DNA of 40,151 nt from contig JAYTAJ010000457.1 of NCBI GenBank assembly GCA_043737575.1, positions 1-40,151 of the forward strand. The letters run 5' to 3'. How positions within the stretch are numbered: the stretch's first letter is position 1; each line of letters opens with the position of its first letter. Positions 1-8,496 of the stretch are shown here, piece by piece. The DNA is from Myxococcales bacterium. GTDB taxonomy: Bacteria > Myxococcota_A > Polyangia > Haliangiales > Haliangiaceae. The notes beneath the pieces are model-generated. The model did not search any database. It was not told the origin of the DNA and was given only the letters and a program-made list of their open reading frames with translations. The position numbers and the translations under genes were made by a program.

Positions 1-2973
1 CGAGCCCGCGACCGCGCCGACCTGCTGGCACTCGCCGACGACCTCGACGCGGCGGGGCCGACCGTCGACGATCACGTCGAGCGCGAGCGGGGGCAAGACC
101 GTGGTCGCGGCCGACGGCGCCCGGCCGAGGCCGTAGTTGACGAACGCCTGGGTGCGGCCGCCCCACGACTCGAGCTCGTCGGCCCAGCGCGCGAGCAGCG
201 CGCGATCTTGCGCCTCGGCGACCTCGCCGAACACGCCGACCGGCGCGGCGCCCGCGAGGCGCTCGTCGCGCCAGGCCCGGGTGACCGCGTCCTCGATCGA
301 CATGCCGGCGCGATAGCGCGCGAACGCGGCCCGCAGCACGATCGATCGGAACAGGCCGTCGACCGCCATCGGCTCCTCGTCCTGATCGACCCGCTCGTCG
401 TCGTCCTCCTCGGCGAGGCGCAAGACCGCGCGGGCCCAGCCCTGCGGCGCCGACTCGAGGAAGCTGCGCAGGTGGGTCAGGCGGATCACGGTCGCGCGAT
501 CGTCGTCGAGCGGCGCCACCGCGCCGTGATCGAGCCCGAGCGCGCGCGCGACCGCGGGTCGATCGACCAGCGCGCGGCGCAGCTCGCGCGGCGGCGCCAG
601 CTCGTGGTGGCGCGCCCGCGCCGCGGTCTCGAGGGTGCGGCGCAGCTCGGTCGCGTAGCGCTCGCGCGCTGCCAGCGGATCGCCGGCGTCGTCGAAGCGG
701 TGCAGGCCGTGATGCTCGGTCAGCCGATCGATCGCGTCGGTGGCGGCGCCGCCGAGGTACGGCGCCAGCATCTCGGCCAGCTCATGGACCACCGACGCGG
801 GCGCGCGCGGCTCGCCAGTGACCGGCTCGCGATCGACGTAGCTGACGATCAGCTCGTCGCGCGCGGCGAGCGCCAGCTCGAGGAACGCGTAGCGATCGCG
901 ATCGCGGGCGCCGACGTCGCCGCGCCGGCGGGTCGCGCGCAGCTCGAGGCCGGTGACGCGATCGGTCGACGGGAACACCGCCTCGCCGACGCCGATCGCG
1001 AAGACGTGGGTGAACGGCAGCGGCCGATGCGGCGTGATGCGCGCGACGTGGACGCCGTGGGCCAGCGGCTCGCCACGATCGCCGCGGACCTGGCCGAGGC
1101 GGCGTCGCGCCAGCGCCGCGACCTCGCGGTAGTCGACGACGCGGCCGTCGAGATCCAGCTCGGCGAGGCCGGTGAGCGTCGCCCGCACTCGCGCCAGCTC
1201 GCCCTGCGCCGCCTCGTCGCGGCCGCCGAGGTACGCGGCGGCGACGGTGTCGAGCACCTCGGCCCACGACGCCAGCGGCCGCCGCTCGCCGCGCAACCAC
1301 CGCGCGTCGGCGATGAGCGACCGAGCCAGCAGCGCGAACGTCGCGGCCGACGCCTGCTCGTCGGGCGCCAGCTCCTCGGGCCGATACGGCCGGCCGCCGA
1401 GGTTCGCGATCACCTCGGCACCGCTGCGCCGTCCCGCCATGAATGCGCCGAGCGCGATGCGGCGGATGCCCTGATCCCAGTGGAACGCGTCGACCTCGGC
1501 GAGGTACGTGCCCGCGTGATCGCGCTGATCGGCGCCGTGGACGATGCCGAGCTCGTCGGTCCACGCCACCCAGTCCGCGGGATCGATGCCGGGGTGACGC
1601 GCCAGCACCGCGGGATGCGTCATCACGCCGAGCAGCTCGGGGCGGCGAAAGCGTCCGAGCGGCAGCTCGAGCAGCAGCTCCATCGCCTCGGCGGCGTGGC
1701 CGTGACCGAGCGCGGGCATGTCGACGACGTGGAACGGCAGCTGGTAGCGCTCGAAGGCCGGCGGGATCTGAGGCAGGTAGGTCTCGACCGCCGACGGCGC
1801 GATCAGCACCGCGATGCGATTGGCGGTGAGGCCGGGATCGCGATCGAGGCGCGAGCGGATCGCCGCGGCGATGACCTCGAGCTCGCGCATCGGCGACGGG
1901 CACGCGAGGATGCGCACGCCCGCGGCCGGCGGCGGTGACGGCGCGGTGGTCGGCGGCGCGGCGCGCACCAGGGTATCGAAGGCCCAGCGCTCGCGGGCGG
2001 TCGCGCGATCGCGCGCGCCGTCGAGCTCGCCGAAGCGATCGTCGATGTCGCCGTCGGACAGCTCGGCCAGGCTCGCCAGGTAATCCCGTCCTGGTGTGCC
2101 CCACCGGGTCAGCGCCGCGGGCTCCTCGATCTCCGAGAGGGCTGTCGCCAGCCCTGTCCCCGTCGGGGTCACGCCCCCGTCTTGGGCCCTCTCCAAGACG
2201 TCCACGACGGGACGCCGCGGTTTGCGTTGCACGTCGCCCCAGTACGCCGCGCACGGCGACATCGCCAGCACGGTGACGGTACGGCGCTCGGCGAGGTACG
2301 CCAGCGCGTCGAGATACACCCGCGGCAGGTACGACAGGCCGATCACGAAGATCGGCGGACCGTCGGGCGCGCGCAGCCCGAGCTGTCGTCGCGCCCGCGC
2401 CAGCCGCGGCGTCGGGATCGGCCGCGGCTCGCCGAGCGCCGCGAGGTGGCGCACCGTCGCGCGCCACGCCGCGCCGTGCCAGCGCGCGGTCGCCGCGTCG
2501 ACGACGTCGTCGGCGTCGAGCGTGCGACCGGCCTCCCACGCGTCGAGCCAGTCGGGCCGCGACAGCGCGTACTCCCAGCTGCGATCGGCGAGCTGTGCCG
2601 CGAGCTGCACCCGCCGCGGCCCGACGCCGTCGTCGCCATCGGCGTCGAGGTACGCCCGCGCGGGCGCCAGCTCGGGCGCGGTCGACACCGCCAGCACCGA
2701 CGCCATCGCCGCCTCGAGACCGGCCTTGTCGAGGGCGCGCAGCGCGGTCTGATCGCGCACCAGCTCGCGCGCCAGCAGATCCTCGAGGTAGATGGTCTGG
2801 TAGCCGGCCGCGACGCCGCGGGTGGTCGCGATCGCGTACTGGATCCAGCGCGCCACGACGCGGCCCGGCACCACGACCGCGGGCGGCGCGAACGGATCGA
2901 CCGCGTCGCGCAACCGCTCGGCGAGCGCGGCGGCGAGCTCCTCGAAGCGGTGGCTCTCGACGACGCGGAGCAT
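1..2973 (-). CDS. recC: Exodeoxyribonuclease V gamma subunit RecC, N-terminal ~991 codons; gene continues past the left edge
   Basis: Absent from the ORF track because it has no stop inside the window. The reverse-strand ATG at 2973 lies 2 nt after the lnt stop (TAG, 2978-2976). I read that frame by eye without a stop down to position 1. The product starts MLRVVESHRFEELAAALAERLRDAVDPFAPPAVVVPGRVVARWIQYAIA..., paralleling the E. coli RecC N-terminus (MLRVYHSNRLDVL...DPF) as I remember it. Composition is protein-like, unlike the overlapping Arg-rich track ORFs 208..1938(+) and 782..2539(-). Confidence 0.8.
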   Translation of the reverse strand, partial: MLRVVESHRFEELAAALAERLRDAVDPFAPPAVVVPGRVVARWIQYAIATTRGVAAGYQTIYLEDLLARELVRDQTALRALDKAGLEAAMASVLAVSTAPELAPARAYLDADGDDGVGPRRVQLAAQLADRSWEYALSRPDWLDAWEAGRTLDADDVVDAATARWHGAAWRATVRHLAALGEPRPIPTPRLARARRQLGLRAPDGPPIFVIGLSYLPRVYLDALAYLAERRTVTVLAMSPCAAYWGDVQRKPRRPVVDVLERAQDGGVTPTGTGLATALSEIEEPAALTRWGTPGRDYLASLAELSDGDIDDRFGELDGARDRATARERWAFDTLVRAAPPTTAPSPPPAAGVRILACPSPMRELEVIAAAIRSRLDRDPGLTANRIAVLIAPSAVETYLPQIPPAFERYQLPFHVVDMPALGHGHAAEAMELLLELPLGRFRRPELLGVMTHPAVLARHPGIDPADWVAWTDELGIVHGADQRDHAGTYLAEVDAFHWDQGIRRIALGAFMAGRRSGAEVIANLGGRPYRPEELAPDEQASAATFALLARSLIADARWLRGERRPLASWAEVLDTVAAAYLGGRDEAAQGELARVRATLTGLAELDLDGRVVDYREVAALARRRLGQVRGDRGEPLAHGVHVARITPHRPLPFTHVFAIGVGEAVFPSTDRVTGLELRATRRRGDVGARDRDRYAFLELALAARDELIVSYVDREPVTGEPRAPASVVHELAEMLAPYLGGAATDAIDRLTEHHGLHRFDDAGDPLAARERYATELRRTLETAARARHHELAPPRELRRALVDRPAVARALGLDHGAVAPLDDDRATVIRLTHLRSFLESAPQGWARAVLRLAEEDDDERVDQDEEPMAVDGLFRSIVLRAAFARYRAGMSIEDAVTRAWRDERLAGAAPVGVFGEVAEAQDRALLARWADELESWGGRTQAFVNYGLGRAPSAATTVLPPLALDVIVDGRPRRVEVVGECQQVGAVAGS
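2135..2200. repeat. Structured palindromic element embedded in frame in recC
   Basis: Outer 8-bp inverted repeat: GAGAGGGC (2135-2142) / GCCCTCTC (2186-2193). Inner hairpins: GGGCTG-tcgc-CAGCCC (2139-2154) and CGTCTTGG-gccctct-CCAAGACG (2178-2200). The core AGAGGGCTGTCG.CCAGCCC recurs at 39783-39803 and 39815-39834. The encoded peptide VLERAQDGGVTPTGTGLATALSE uses codons that look atypical for this genome (TTG, AGG, CAA, ACA x2). Confidence 0.6.
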
Positions 2974-2975
2974 CG

Positions 2976-4598
2976 CTACCTGCGCTTCTTGCGCGCGACC
3001 GGCGGCGCCGCCGAGGTCCGCCGCCGCACCCGCGCGATCACACCCGGCACCAGCCACCAGGCGATCGCGCCGAGCGCGACCGCCCAGGTGATCACGCCGC
3101 CGAACGCCGCGTACAGCGAGTGCGCGCGGGTTCCGAACGGCACCTTGACGAGCAGCGTCTCGGGCGGGCCGCCGCGCCGCACCGCGGTGCGCGCGACCAC
3201 GCCGCCGTCGCGATCGATGTACGACGACGGCCCGGTGTTGACCGCGCGGATCATCGGCAGCCCGAGCTCGACGGTGCGGTAGCGCGCCAGCGCCTCGTGC
3301 TCGAGCGGCTCGGCGTGGACGTCGAACCAGGTGTCGTTGGTGATGTTGACGATCAGATCGGGATCGAGCCGCGCCAGCTCGCGGCCGAAGCTCGGCACGA
3401 CGTCCTCGAGGCACACCATCACCGCGATGCGCAGCGGTCCGCCGATGAGCGGCACGGTCAGGATCTGCGGCGCGGTGCCGCCCTCGTAGTGCCCGGCGCC
3501 GTCGGGCAGGTACCTCTCGAGCGACGGGAACTTCTCGACCAGCGGGTTGTACTCGCTGCCGATCATGCGGTGGATCTTGTCGTTGCGGCCGAGGAACGTG
3601 CCGTCGGGCGCGATCAGGATCGCGCTGTTCCAGGTCGCCGTGCCGTCGGTGGTCGCGGCGCCGATCAGGAGCGGCCCGGTGGTGATGCCGCGCAACGACA
3701 GCGGGTTGTCGCGCTCGACGTCGCGCGTGAGCTCGCGCGGCACGGTGAACGGGTACGCGGTCTCGCTCCACACCACCAGCTCGGCGCCGGCCTCCTCGAG
3801 GGCGCGGCTGGCCCGCTGCAGCGCGTGGAGGTGGGCGACACGATCCTTGCTGGTGTGGCGCACGCCGACCGGATCGTTGGGCTGGACGATGCCGATCGTG
3901 ACCACGCGCGTCCCGCCGCGGTCGCTACGGTGGCTGCCGACGATCGCGACCACCGCAAACACGACGACGCCGACCGCGGGCTGCCAGCGTCGGGTCGGCC
4001 GCGTCACCGCGTCGTACACCGCGCCGCCGATCGCGGTGATCAGCGCGACGATGCCGGCGGTGCCGGCGAAGGCGGCGACGGCGCGCAGCGGCCCGGCGTC
4101 GATCTGCGTCAGCGCCAGGCTGAACGGGAACGGCGTCGGCAGCACGATCTCGACGACGACGTAGCCGAGCGGCAGGCACAGCGCCATCGGCCACGGCCCG
4201 CGCGGGTGATCGCGGCGGCGATCGCGCAGCGACCGCGTGAGCCGCGCGCCGACCAGGAACACCAGCCCGTGGTACGCGGCGAGCAACCCCAGCCCGAGCA
4301 CCGCGAGCGGCGTCGGCAGATGAGCGTTGACCTCGAGCAGGTAGATCATCCAGTGGAAGCCACCGACGGTGAAGACGAACGCGGCGAGCCCGCCCCACAG
4401 CCCGGCGCGGCGCGCGGTCGGCGCGCGATCGATCACCCACGCCAGCGGCAGCGCCGCGATCCAGCCCAGCGGCCACAGCTCGTGGGGCGGCGCCGCGAGG
4501 GTCCAGCACGCGCCGCTCACGATCGCCGCGATGACGCCGCACACGATCCCGATCCGCCCCGGCCGCGCCGCCAGCGCGAGCCGTTCGTGCAAGGTCAT
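2976..4598 (-). CDS. lnt: Apolipoprotein N-acyltransferase (Lnt)
   Basis: C-terminal 540 aa of track ORF 2976..5003. The first 135 aa of that ORF are Arg/Pro-rich and were dropped. The ATG at 4598 (MTLHERLALAARPGRIGIV...) overlaps the stop of the upstream kinase gene (ATGA). A multi-TM N-terminal half is followed by a CN-hydrolase domain with Lnt-like Glu/Lys/Cys contexts (VVWSETAYPF, RNDKIHRM, AVMVCLEDVVP) and NITNDTWF. Confidence 0.85.
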   Translation of the reverse strand: MTLHERLALAARPGRIGIVCGVIAAIVSGACWTLAAPPHELWPLGWIAALPLAWVIDRAPTARRAGLWGGLAAFVFTVGGFHWMIYLLEVNAHLPTPLAVLGLGLLAAYHGLVFLVGARLTRSLRDRRRDHPRGPWPMALCLPLGYVVVEIVLPTPFPFSLALTQIDAGPLRAVAAFAGTAGIVALITAIGGAVYDAVTRPTRRWQPAVGVVVFAVVAIVGSHRSDRGGTRVVTIGIVQPNDPVGVRHTSKDRVAHLHALQRASRALEEAGAELVVWSETAYPFTVPRELTRDVERDNPLSLRGITTGPLLIGAATTDGTATWNSAILIAPDGTFLGRNDKIHRMIGSEYNPLVEKFPSLERYLPDGAGHYEGGTAPQILTVPLIGGPLRIAVMVCLEDVVPSFGRELARLDPDLIVNITNDTWFDVHAEPLEHEALARYRTVELGLPMIRAVNTGPSSYIDRDGGVVARTAVRRGGPPETLLVKVPFGTRAHSLYAAFGGVITWAVALGAIAWWLVPGVIARVRRRTSAAPPVARKKRR

Positions 4599-5551
4599 CG
4601 CGGTCGATCTCCAGGCACGATCAGATCGATCGCGCGCGGCAGGTTGCGGAACGTCGCCGGCAAGATGCCGGGGGTCTCGCCGTCGACGTCGAGCTCGATG
4701 ATCTGACCGGGATCGGCGGGCTCGGCGCGCACCACCGCGGCGCGGCGGTGGCTGACCTTGTCCATCGTGAGGTGGGTGCCGGCGTAGAGCCGGCGGCTGC
4801 GCAAGAGGAAGTCGGTCATGCCCATGTCGCCCAGCGCGACCACGTCGAACCGGCCGTCGTCGAGCTCGGCTTCGGGCGCGATGCGCATGCCGCCGCCGAA
4901 GTAGCGGCCGTTGGCGACCGCGACGGTGTTGATCGTCAGGTCGGTGGCGTCGCCGCCGCGGTCGTCGAAGGTGAGCCGCACCCGCTGGTTGTCGTAGCTC
5001 CACAGCGATCGCGCGCTGGCGGCGAAGAACGCGAGGCGACCGCCGAGGCGTTTCTTCGACTCGTTGACCAGCCGATCGGTCATGCCCGACATGCCGAACG
5101 ACGCGATGTTGGTGAACATGCGGATGCCGGTGCCGCCGGTGCGCAGCGTGAAGTCGAGCCGGCCGGCGTCGATGCGCTTGCGCACGCCCGCGGCCAGCAC
5201 CGCGACGGCTTTGGGGAAGTCCTTCGACACGCCGACGGTGCGCACGAAGTCGCCGCCGGTGCCGAACGGCAGGACCGCGAGCGCGGCGCCGGTCACGATC
5301 GGCGCGCCGTCCTCGAACCAGCCGTTCATGACCTCGTTGATCGTGCCGTCGCCGCCGACCGCGACCACGATCTCGGCGCCGCTGCGCACCGCCTCGCGGG
5401 CCAGCCGCGTCGCGTCGCCCGGCCCGGTGGTGAGCGCGTCCTCGAACGGCAGCTCGCGCCGGATCTGATCGGCCAGCTCGGGCCAGCGCCGACCGAGGGC
5501 GCCGCCCTGCGACTTGGGATTGGCGATCACGACGACGCGCGGGCTGGCCAT
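4595..5551 (-). CDS. Diacylglycerol-kinase-catalytic-domain lipid kinase (YegS/BmrU-like)
   Basis: Track ORF 4595..5551 with an ATG start. The N-terminus VVVIANPKSQGG and the motif VAVGGDGTINEV (GGDGT) are typical of the DAGK_cat lipid kinase family. Its stop overlaps the lnt start (ATGA at 4595-4598). Confidence 0.8.
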   Translation of the reverse strand: MASPRVVVIANPKSQGGALGRRWPELADQIRRELPFEDALTTGPGDATRLAREAVRSGAEIVVAVGGDGTINEVMNGWFEDGAPIVTGAALAVLPFGTGGDFVRTVGVSKDFPKAVAVLAAGVRKRIDAGRLDFTLRTGGTGIRMFTNIASFGMSGMTDRLVNESKKRLGGRLAFFAASARSLWSYDNQRVRLTFDDRGGDATDLTINTVAVANGRYFGGGMRIAPEAELDDGRFDVVALGDMGMTDFLLRSRRLYAGTHLTMDKVSHRRAAVVRAEPADPGQIIELDVDGETPGILPATFRNLPRAIDLIVPGDRPR

Positions 5552-5576
5552 CGCGCGCAGTATCGCGCGAACCTCG

Positions 5577-6263
5577 TCAGCTTGCGAGCTGACGGGGCCG
5601 GGCGATCCCGCCGGGAAAATATCGTGCGACCACGCGGTCGGCGTCGAAGCGTCCGAGCAGCGGACCGACCGCCGGGCCCGACGCCAGCTCGCAGCCGAGC
5701 CGCTGCAGCGCGGTGACCTGGGTCAGGCGATCGAGGTTGCGCGCCAGGGTCAGCCAGTCGTGGGCGTGGGCGAGCGAGATACGCCGCGCGATGCGCTGGA
5801 ACGCAGCCTCGTCGCGATCGATGTGATCGACCAGCGCGGCCGGGAGCTCGATCAGATCGATCGGCGCGCCCGCGAGCAGGCCGAGCTCGGCGCCGCGCAG
5901 ATCGGGATCGCGCACCGCGACCACGACGCCGCGGTCGACCAGGCGATCGAGGATCGGCATCGCGACGTCGAGCGAGTAGGTCGGGACGCGGATGATCAGC
6001 ACCTCGGGGGGCAGCTGGTAGGCGTCGAGCAGCGTCGCGATCAGGTCGGTGGTGGCGGGGCGCAGCTCGTCGGCGGCGACGTCGACCATCACCGTCGGGC
6101 CGGTCGGCGAGGTCGCGCGCCATGCCGCGGCGGAGCGCAGGCTGGCCTCGAGGCGGTGCTCGATCGACTCGACGGTGACCATCTCGAAGCCGTGGAGGCC
6201 TTGGGTCGCGAGGTCGACGACCGGGAGGTAGCGCAGCGCGCGGGGAGCGAGATCGCCGATCAC
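5577..6263 (-). CDS. Stand-alone EAL-like domain protein with degenerate catalytic motifs
   Basis: C-terminal 228 aa of track ORF 5577..7661; the rest is Arg-rich and antisense to the methyltransferase gene. The EAL-fold pattern is visible: LRYLPVVDLATQGLHGFEMV (cf. YQPIVDL..G.EAL), GVVVAVRDPDLRG (cf. DDFGTG), and LGCELASGP (cf. GCD..QG). Most catalytic positions are substituted. The start is assigned to GTG 6263 (VIGDLAPRALRY...) and is uncertain. Confidence 0.6.
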   Translation of the reverse strand: MIGDLAPRALRYLPVVDLATQGLHGFEMVTVESIEHRLEASLRSAAAWRATSPTGPTVMVDVAADELRPATTDLIATLLDAYQLPPEVLIIRVPTYSLDVAMPILDRLVDRGVVVAVRDPDLRGAELGLLAGAPIDLIELPAALVDHIDRDEAAFQRIARRISLAHAHDWLTLARNLDRLTQVTALQRLGCELASGPAVGPLLGRFDADRVVARYFPGGIARPRQLAS

Positions 6264-6341
6264 GTCGTGGACCGTAGCGCTCGCCGTGCAGGTGAGAGGA
6301 GTATGGGACGGGTAGCTGCCGGGCAGCGACCGTGAATCACC

Positions 6342-7775
6342 GTGGACGCGCACGCGCTGGCCAGCTTGCTCGGAGACCTTCGTATCGGCGACGGTGGCGC
6401 CGGCCCCGACGCGCGGTCGCGCGGCCAGGTGTTCACGCCCGCGCCGCTCGCCGAGACGGTGTGCCGCATGGTGCTCGGGGCGTCGGCCGCGGCGCCGGTG
6501 GTGCTCGATCCCGCGGCCGGTGACGGCTCGTTCCTCGCCGCGGCGGCGGTGGTGGCGCCCGGCGCGACGCTGATCGGCATCGAGCGCGATCGCGAGCTGG
6601 CGGCGGCGGCGCGGCGGCGGGTCGTGGGCGCGACCGTGCATTGCGCCGAGGCGCTGTTCGCGGCGCCGCGCCTCGCGCCGGTCGACGCGGTCGTCGGCAA
6701 TCCGCCGTACATCCGATCGATCCGGCTGCGCGAGGCCGATCCGGTCTTGTGGGCGCGGGTGCGCGGCGCGTTTGCGGCGACGTCGTTCGGCGAGTGGGAT
6801 CTGTACGGCGCGTTCCTCGAGCGATCGCTCGACTGGGTCCACGCCGACGGCCGGGTCGGGCTGATCGTGCCGTCGCGGTGGCTGACGGCGCGGTGGGCGG
6901 CGCGGCTGCGCGCCTGGCTCGCCGAGCGCGGCGCGGTGCGGGCGGTGATCGATCTCGGCGCCGAGCAGGTCTTCGATCGCGCGACGACCTACGCGTCGAT
7001 CGCGATCCTGGCGCCGCGGCCCTCGACCGAGCCCGCGATCCTGTACCGCCGGATCCGCGGCGCGTGGGAGCGCGGCGAGCTCGACACCCGCGCCCGCGGC
7101 GATGCCCCGTGGCTGGGGCCGGCGGCGGCGCCACCGCGATCGGGGCGCCTGACCCTCGGCGACGTCGCGCGGATCGCGAAGGGCACGGGCACCAACGCCG
7201 ATCGGGTGTTCGTCCTGCCCGACGCGATCGTCGACGGCGCGCTGGTACGGAGCGGCGAGATCGTCGTGGAGGCGGCGGCGACGCGCCCGTGCCTGCGCGG
7301 CCGTGACGTCGGCGCCGCGCCGACCGCGCGCTGCGTGATCCCGTACCGCGACGGCCGGTTGATCGCGTGGGCCGAGCTGGTCGCGTGCTGGCCTCGCGCC
7401 GCCGCGTACCTCGCCGCGCACCGCGACGTGCTCGAGGCGCGCGAGCGCGGCCGCTTCACCGGCCCGCGCTTCCACGCGTTCGGCCGGCCGCAGAACCTCA
7501 CCTTCCACCTCGATCCGGCGGCGAAGATCGTCATCCCCGACGTGACCCGCACCCCGCGCGCTGCCGTCGACGACACCGGCGCGCTGGTGCTCGACTCGGC
7601 GTACGCGCTGCGGCCGCGGCCGGGCGCGCCCGCGCCGTGGGATCGCATCGACCACCTCCACGCCTTCCTGCGATCGCCCGAGCTGGCGGCGTGGATGGAG
7701 CGGGTGAGCGTGCCGCTCCGCGGCGACTACCGCCGCTGGAAGACCGCGTACCTCGCGCCGATGCCGCTGCCGTGA
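6342..7775 (+). CDS. N6-adenine DNA methyltransferase, gamma-class Eco57I/TaqI-like, with C-terminal TaqI-like target-recognition region
   Basis: Track ORF 6342..7775 with a GTG start. Motifs are in gamma order: GQVFTPAPLAETV (X-like), VLDPAAGDGSFL (motif I, AdoMet binding), and VVGNPPYIRS (motif IV NPPY, nt 6699-6710). The C-terminal half (...ILYRRI...LGDVARIAKGTGTNADRVFV...) resembles TaqI-type specificity domains. There is no nuclease-like neighbour. Confidence 0.8.
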   Translation: MDAHALASLLGDLRIGDGGAGPDARSRGQVFTPAPLAETVCRMVLGASAAAPVVLDPAAGDGSFLAAAAVVAPGATLIGIERDRELAAAARRRVVGATVHCAEALFAAPRLAPVDAVVGNPPYIRSIRLREADPVLWARVRGAFAATSFGEWDLYGAFLERSLDWVHADGRVGLIVPSRWLTARWAARLRAWLAERGAVRAVIDLGAEQVFDRATTYASIAILAPRPSTEPAILYRRIRGAWERGELDTRARGDAPWLGPAAAPPRSGRLTLGDVARIAKGTGTNADRVFVLPDAIVDGALVRSGEIVVEAAATRPCLRGRDVGAAPTARCVIPYRDGRLIAWAELVACWPRAAAYLAAHRDVLEARERGRFTGPRFHAFGRPQNLTFHLDPAAKIVIPDVTRTPRAAVDDTGALVLDSAYALRPRPGAPAPWDRIDHLHAFLRSPELAAWMERVSVPLRGDYRRWKTAYLAPMPLP

Positions 7776-7785
7776 CGCGACCCGA

Positions 7786-8352
7786 TCAGCTCTTCAGCTC
7801 GGGCACGCCATCGGACGGCGGCTCGCCGATCGCGGGCGCGGACGGCGCGTCGGCCGCCATCGCGGGCAGGTCGGCGTCCGGCTCGTCGATGGCCGGCTCG
7901 TCGATGCCCGGCTGGGGCTCGGCGCTCGCCGCGGGCTTCAGCGCCGCGACCGGCCCCGACAGCGTCGGGCGAGGACCGATCGGCCGCAGCGCGCCGACCG
8001 CGCCGCGGATCGCCTCCAGCAGGTCGGCGAGGCGGGTCGGCTTGGTCATCACCGCGTACACCGTCGGCGGCAGCGGATCCGGCACCAGCGTCGACGCGCT
8101 CACGATGATCACGGGGACGTCCGCGAGCAGCGGCACCGTCGGCTGATGTCGCAACAGCTCGGCGCCATCCATGATCGGCATATGGAGGTCGAGGAGGATG
8201 ACGCTGGGGCGGGTCCCCGAGCGAGTCACCACGTCGATCGCCTCGGCGCCGTTCGCCGCCACCAGCAACCGCAGGCCGCGCGCGTCGAGGACGCGTCGCA
8301 GCATCTCCTGGATCTCGGAGTCGTCTTCGACGAGGAGAACGGTCCAGCTCAT
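7786..8352 (-). CDS. Single-domain response regulator (CheY-like receiver) with Pro/Ala/Asp-rich C-terminal tail
   Basis: Track ORF with an ATG start. Receiver signatures are present: LLVEDD, phospho-acceptor context ILLDLHMPIMDG, IIVSAS, and VMTKP. The tail contains the tandem IDEPAIDEPDA. The gene is convergent with the methyltransferase gene, with a 10-nt gap. Confidence 0.85.
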   Translation of the reverse strand: MSWTVLLVEDDSEIQEMLRRVLDARGLRLLVAANGAEAIDVVTRSGTRPSVILLDLHMPIMDGAELLRHQPTVPLLADVPVIIVSASTLVPDPLPPTVYAVMTKPTRLADLLEAIRGAVGALRPIGPRPTLSGPVAALKPAASAEPQPGIDEPAIDEPDADLPAMAADAPSAPAIGEPPSDGVPELKS

Positions 8353-8496
8353 GGCACGCCGCCGAACGATCCGGGCATGACCCTCGCACTGTAGCGGTCA
8401 TCGCCACGACGCCAACCCCATTCGATCACGGCGGGTACCTTCCTGGAGCCGACGTCGCCGGTTCTCCGCGGGATCGCGCCTCTGGTATATGCGGAC

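Noticed and set aside
208-2752. Long track ORFs 208..1938(+), 782..2539(-), 2096..2752(+) and several nested ones
   Set aside because: Their translations are Arg/Pro/Gly/Ala-dominated with no recognisable motifs. They lie on other frames of the recC coding region, whose own frame gives a protein-like RecC sequence. They are typical high-GC shadow ORFs.
4599-5003. N-terminal 135-aa extension of the lnt ORF (track start 5003)
   Set aside because: The extension is Arg/Pro-rich (RRPRRRRHRPDD...) and lies entirely inside the kinase gene on another frame. The ATG at 4598 gives a normal Lnt N-terminus and an ATGA junction.
6264-7661. Upstream 466 aa of track ORF 5577..7661(-)
   Set aside because: It is Arg/Gly-rich and antisense to the well-supported methyltransferase gene. 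Only the last ~228 aa show an EAL-fold pattern.
6342-8352. Possible restriction-modification system around the methyltransferase
   Set aside because: Neither neighbour shows nuclease (PD-(D/E)xK, HNH), helicase or specificity-subunit features. The neighbours are an EAL-like protein and a CheY-like receiver. I therefore report only an orphan methyltransferase.
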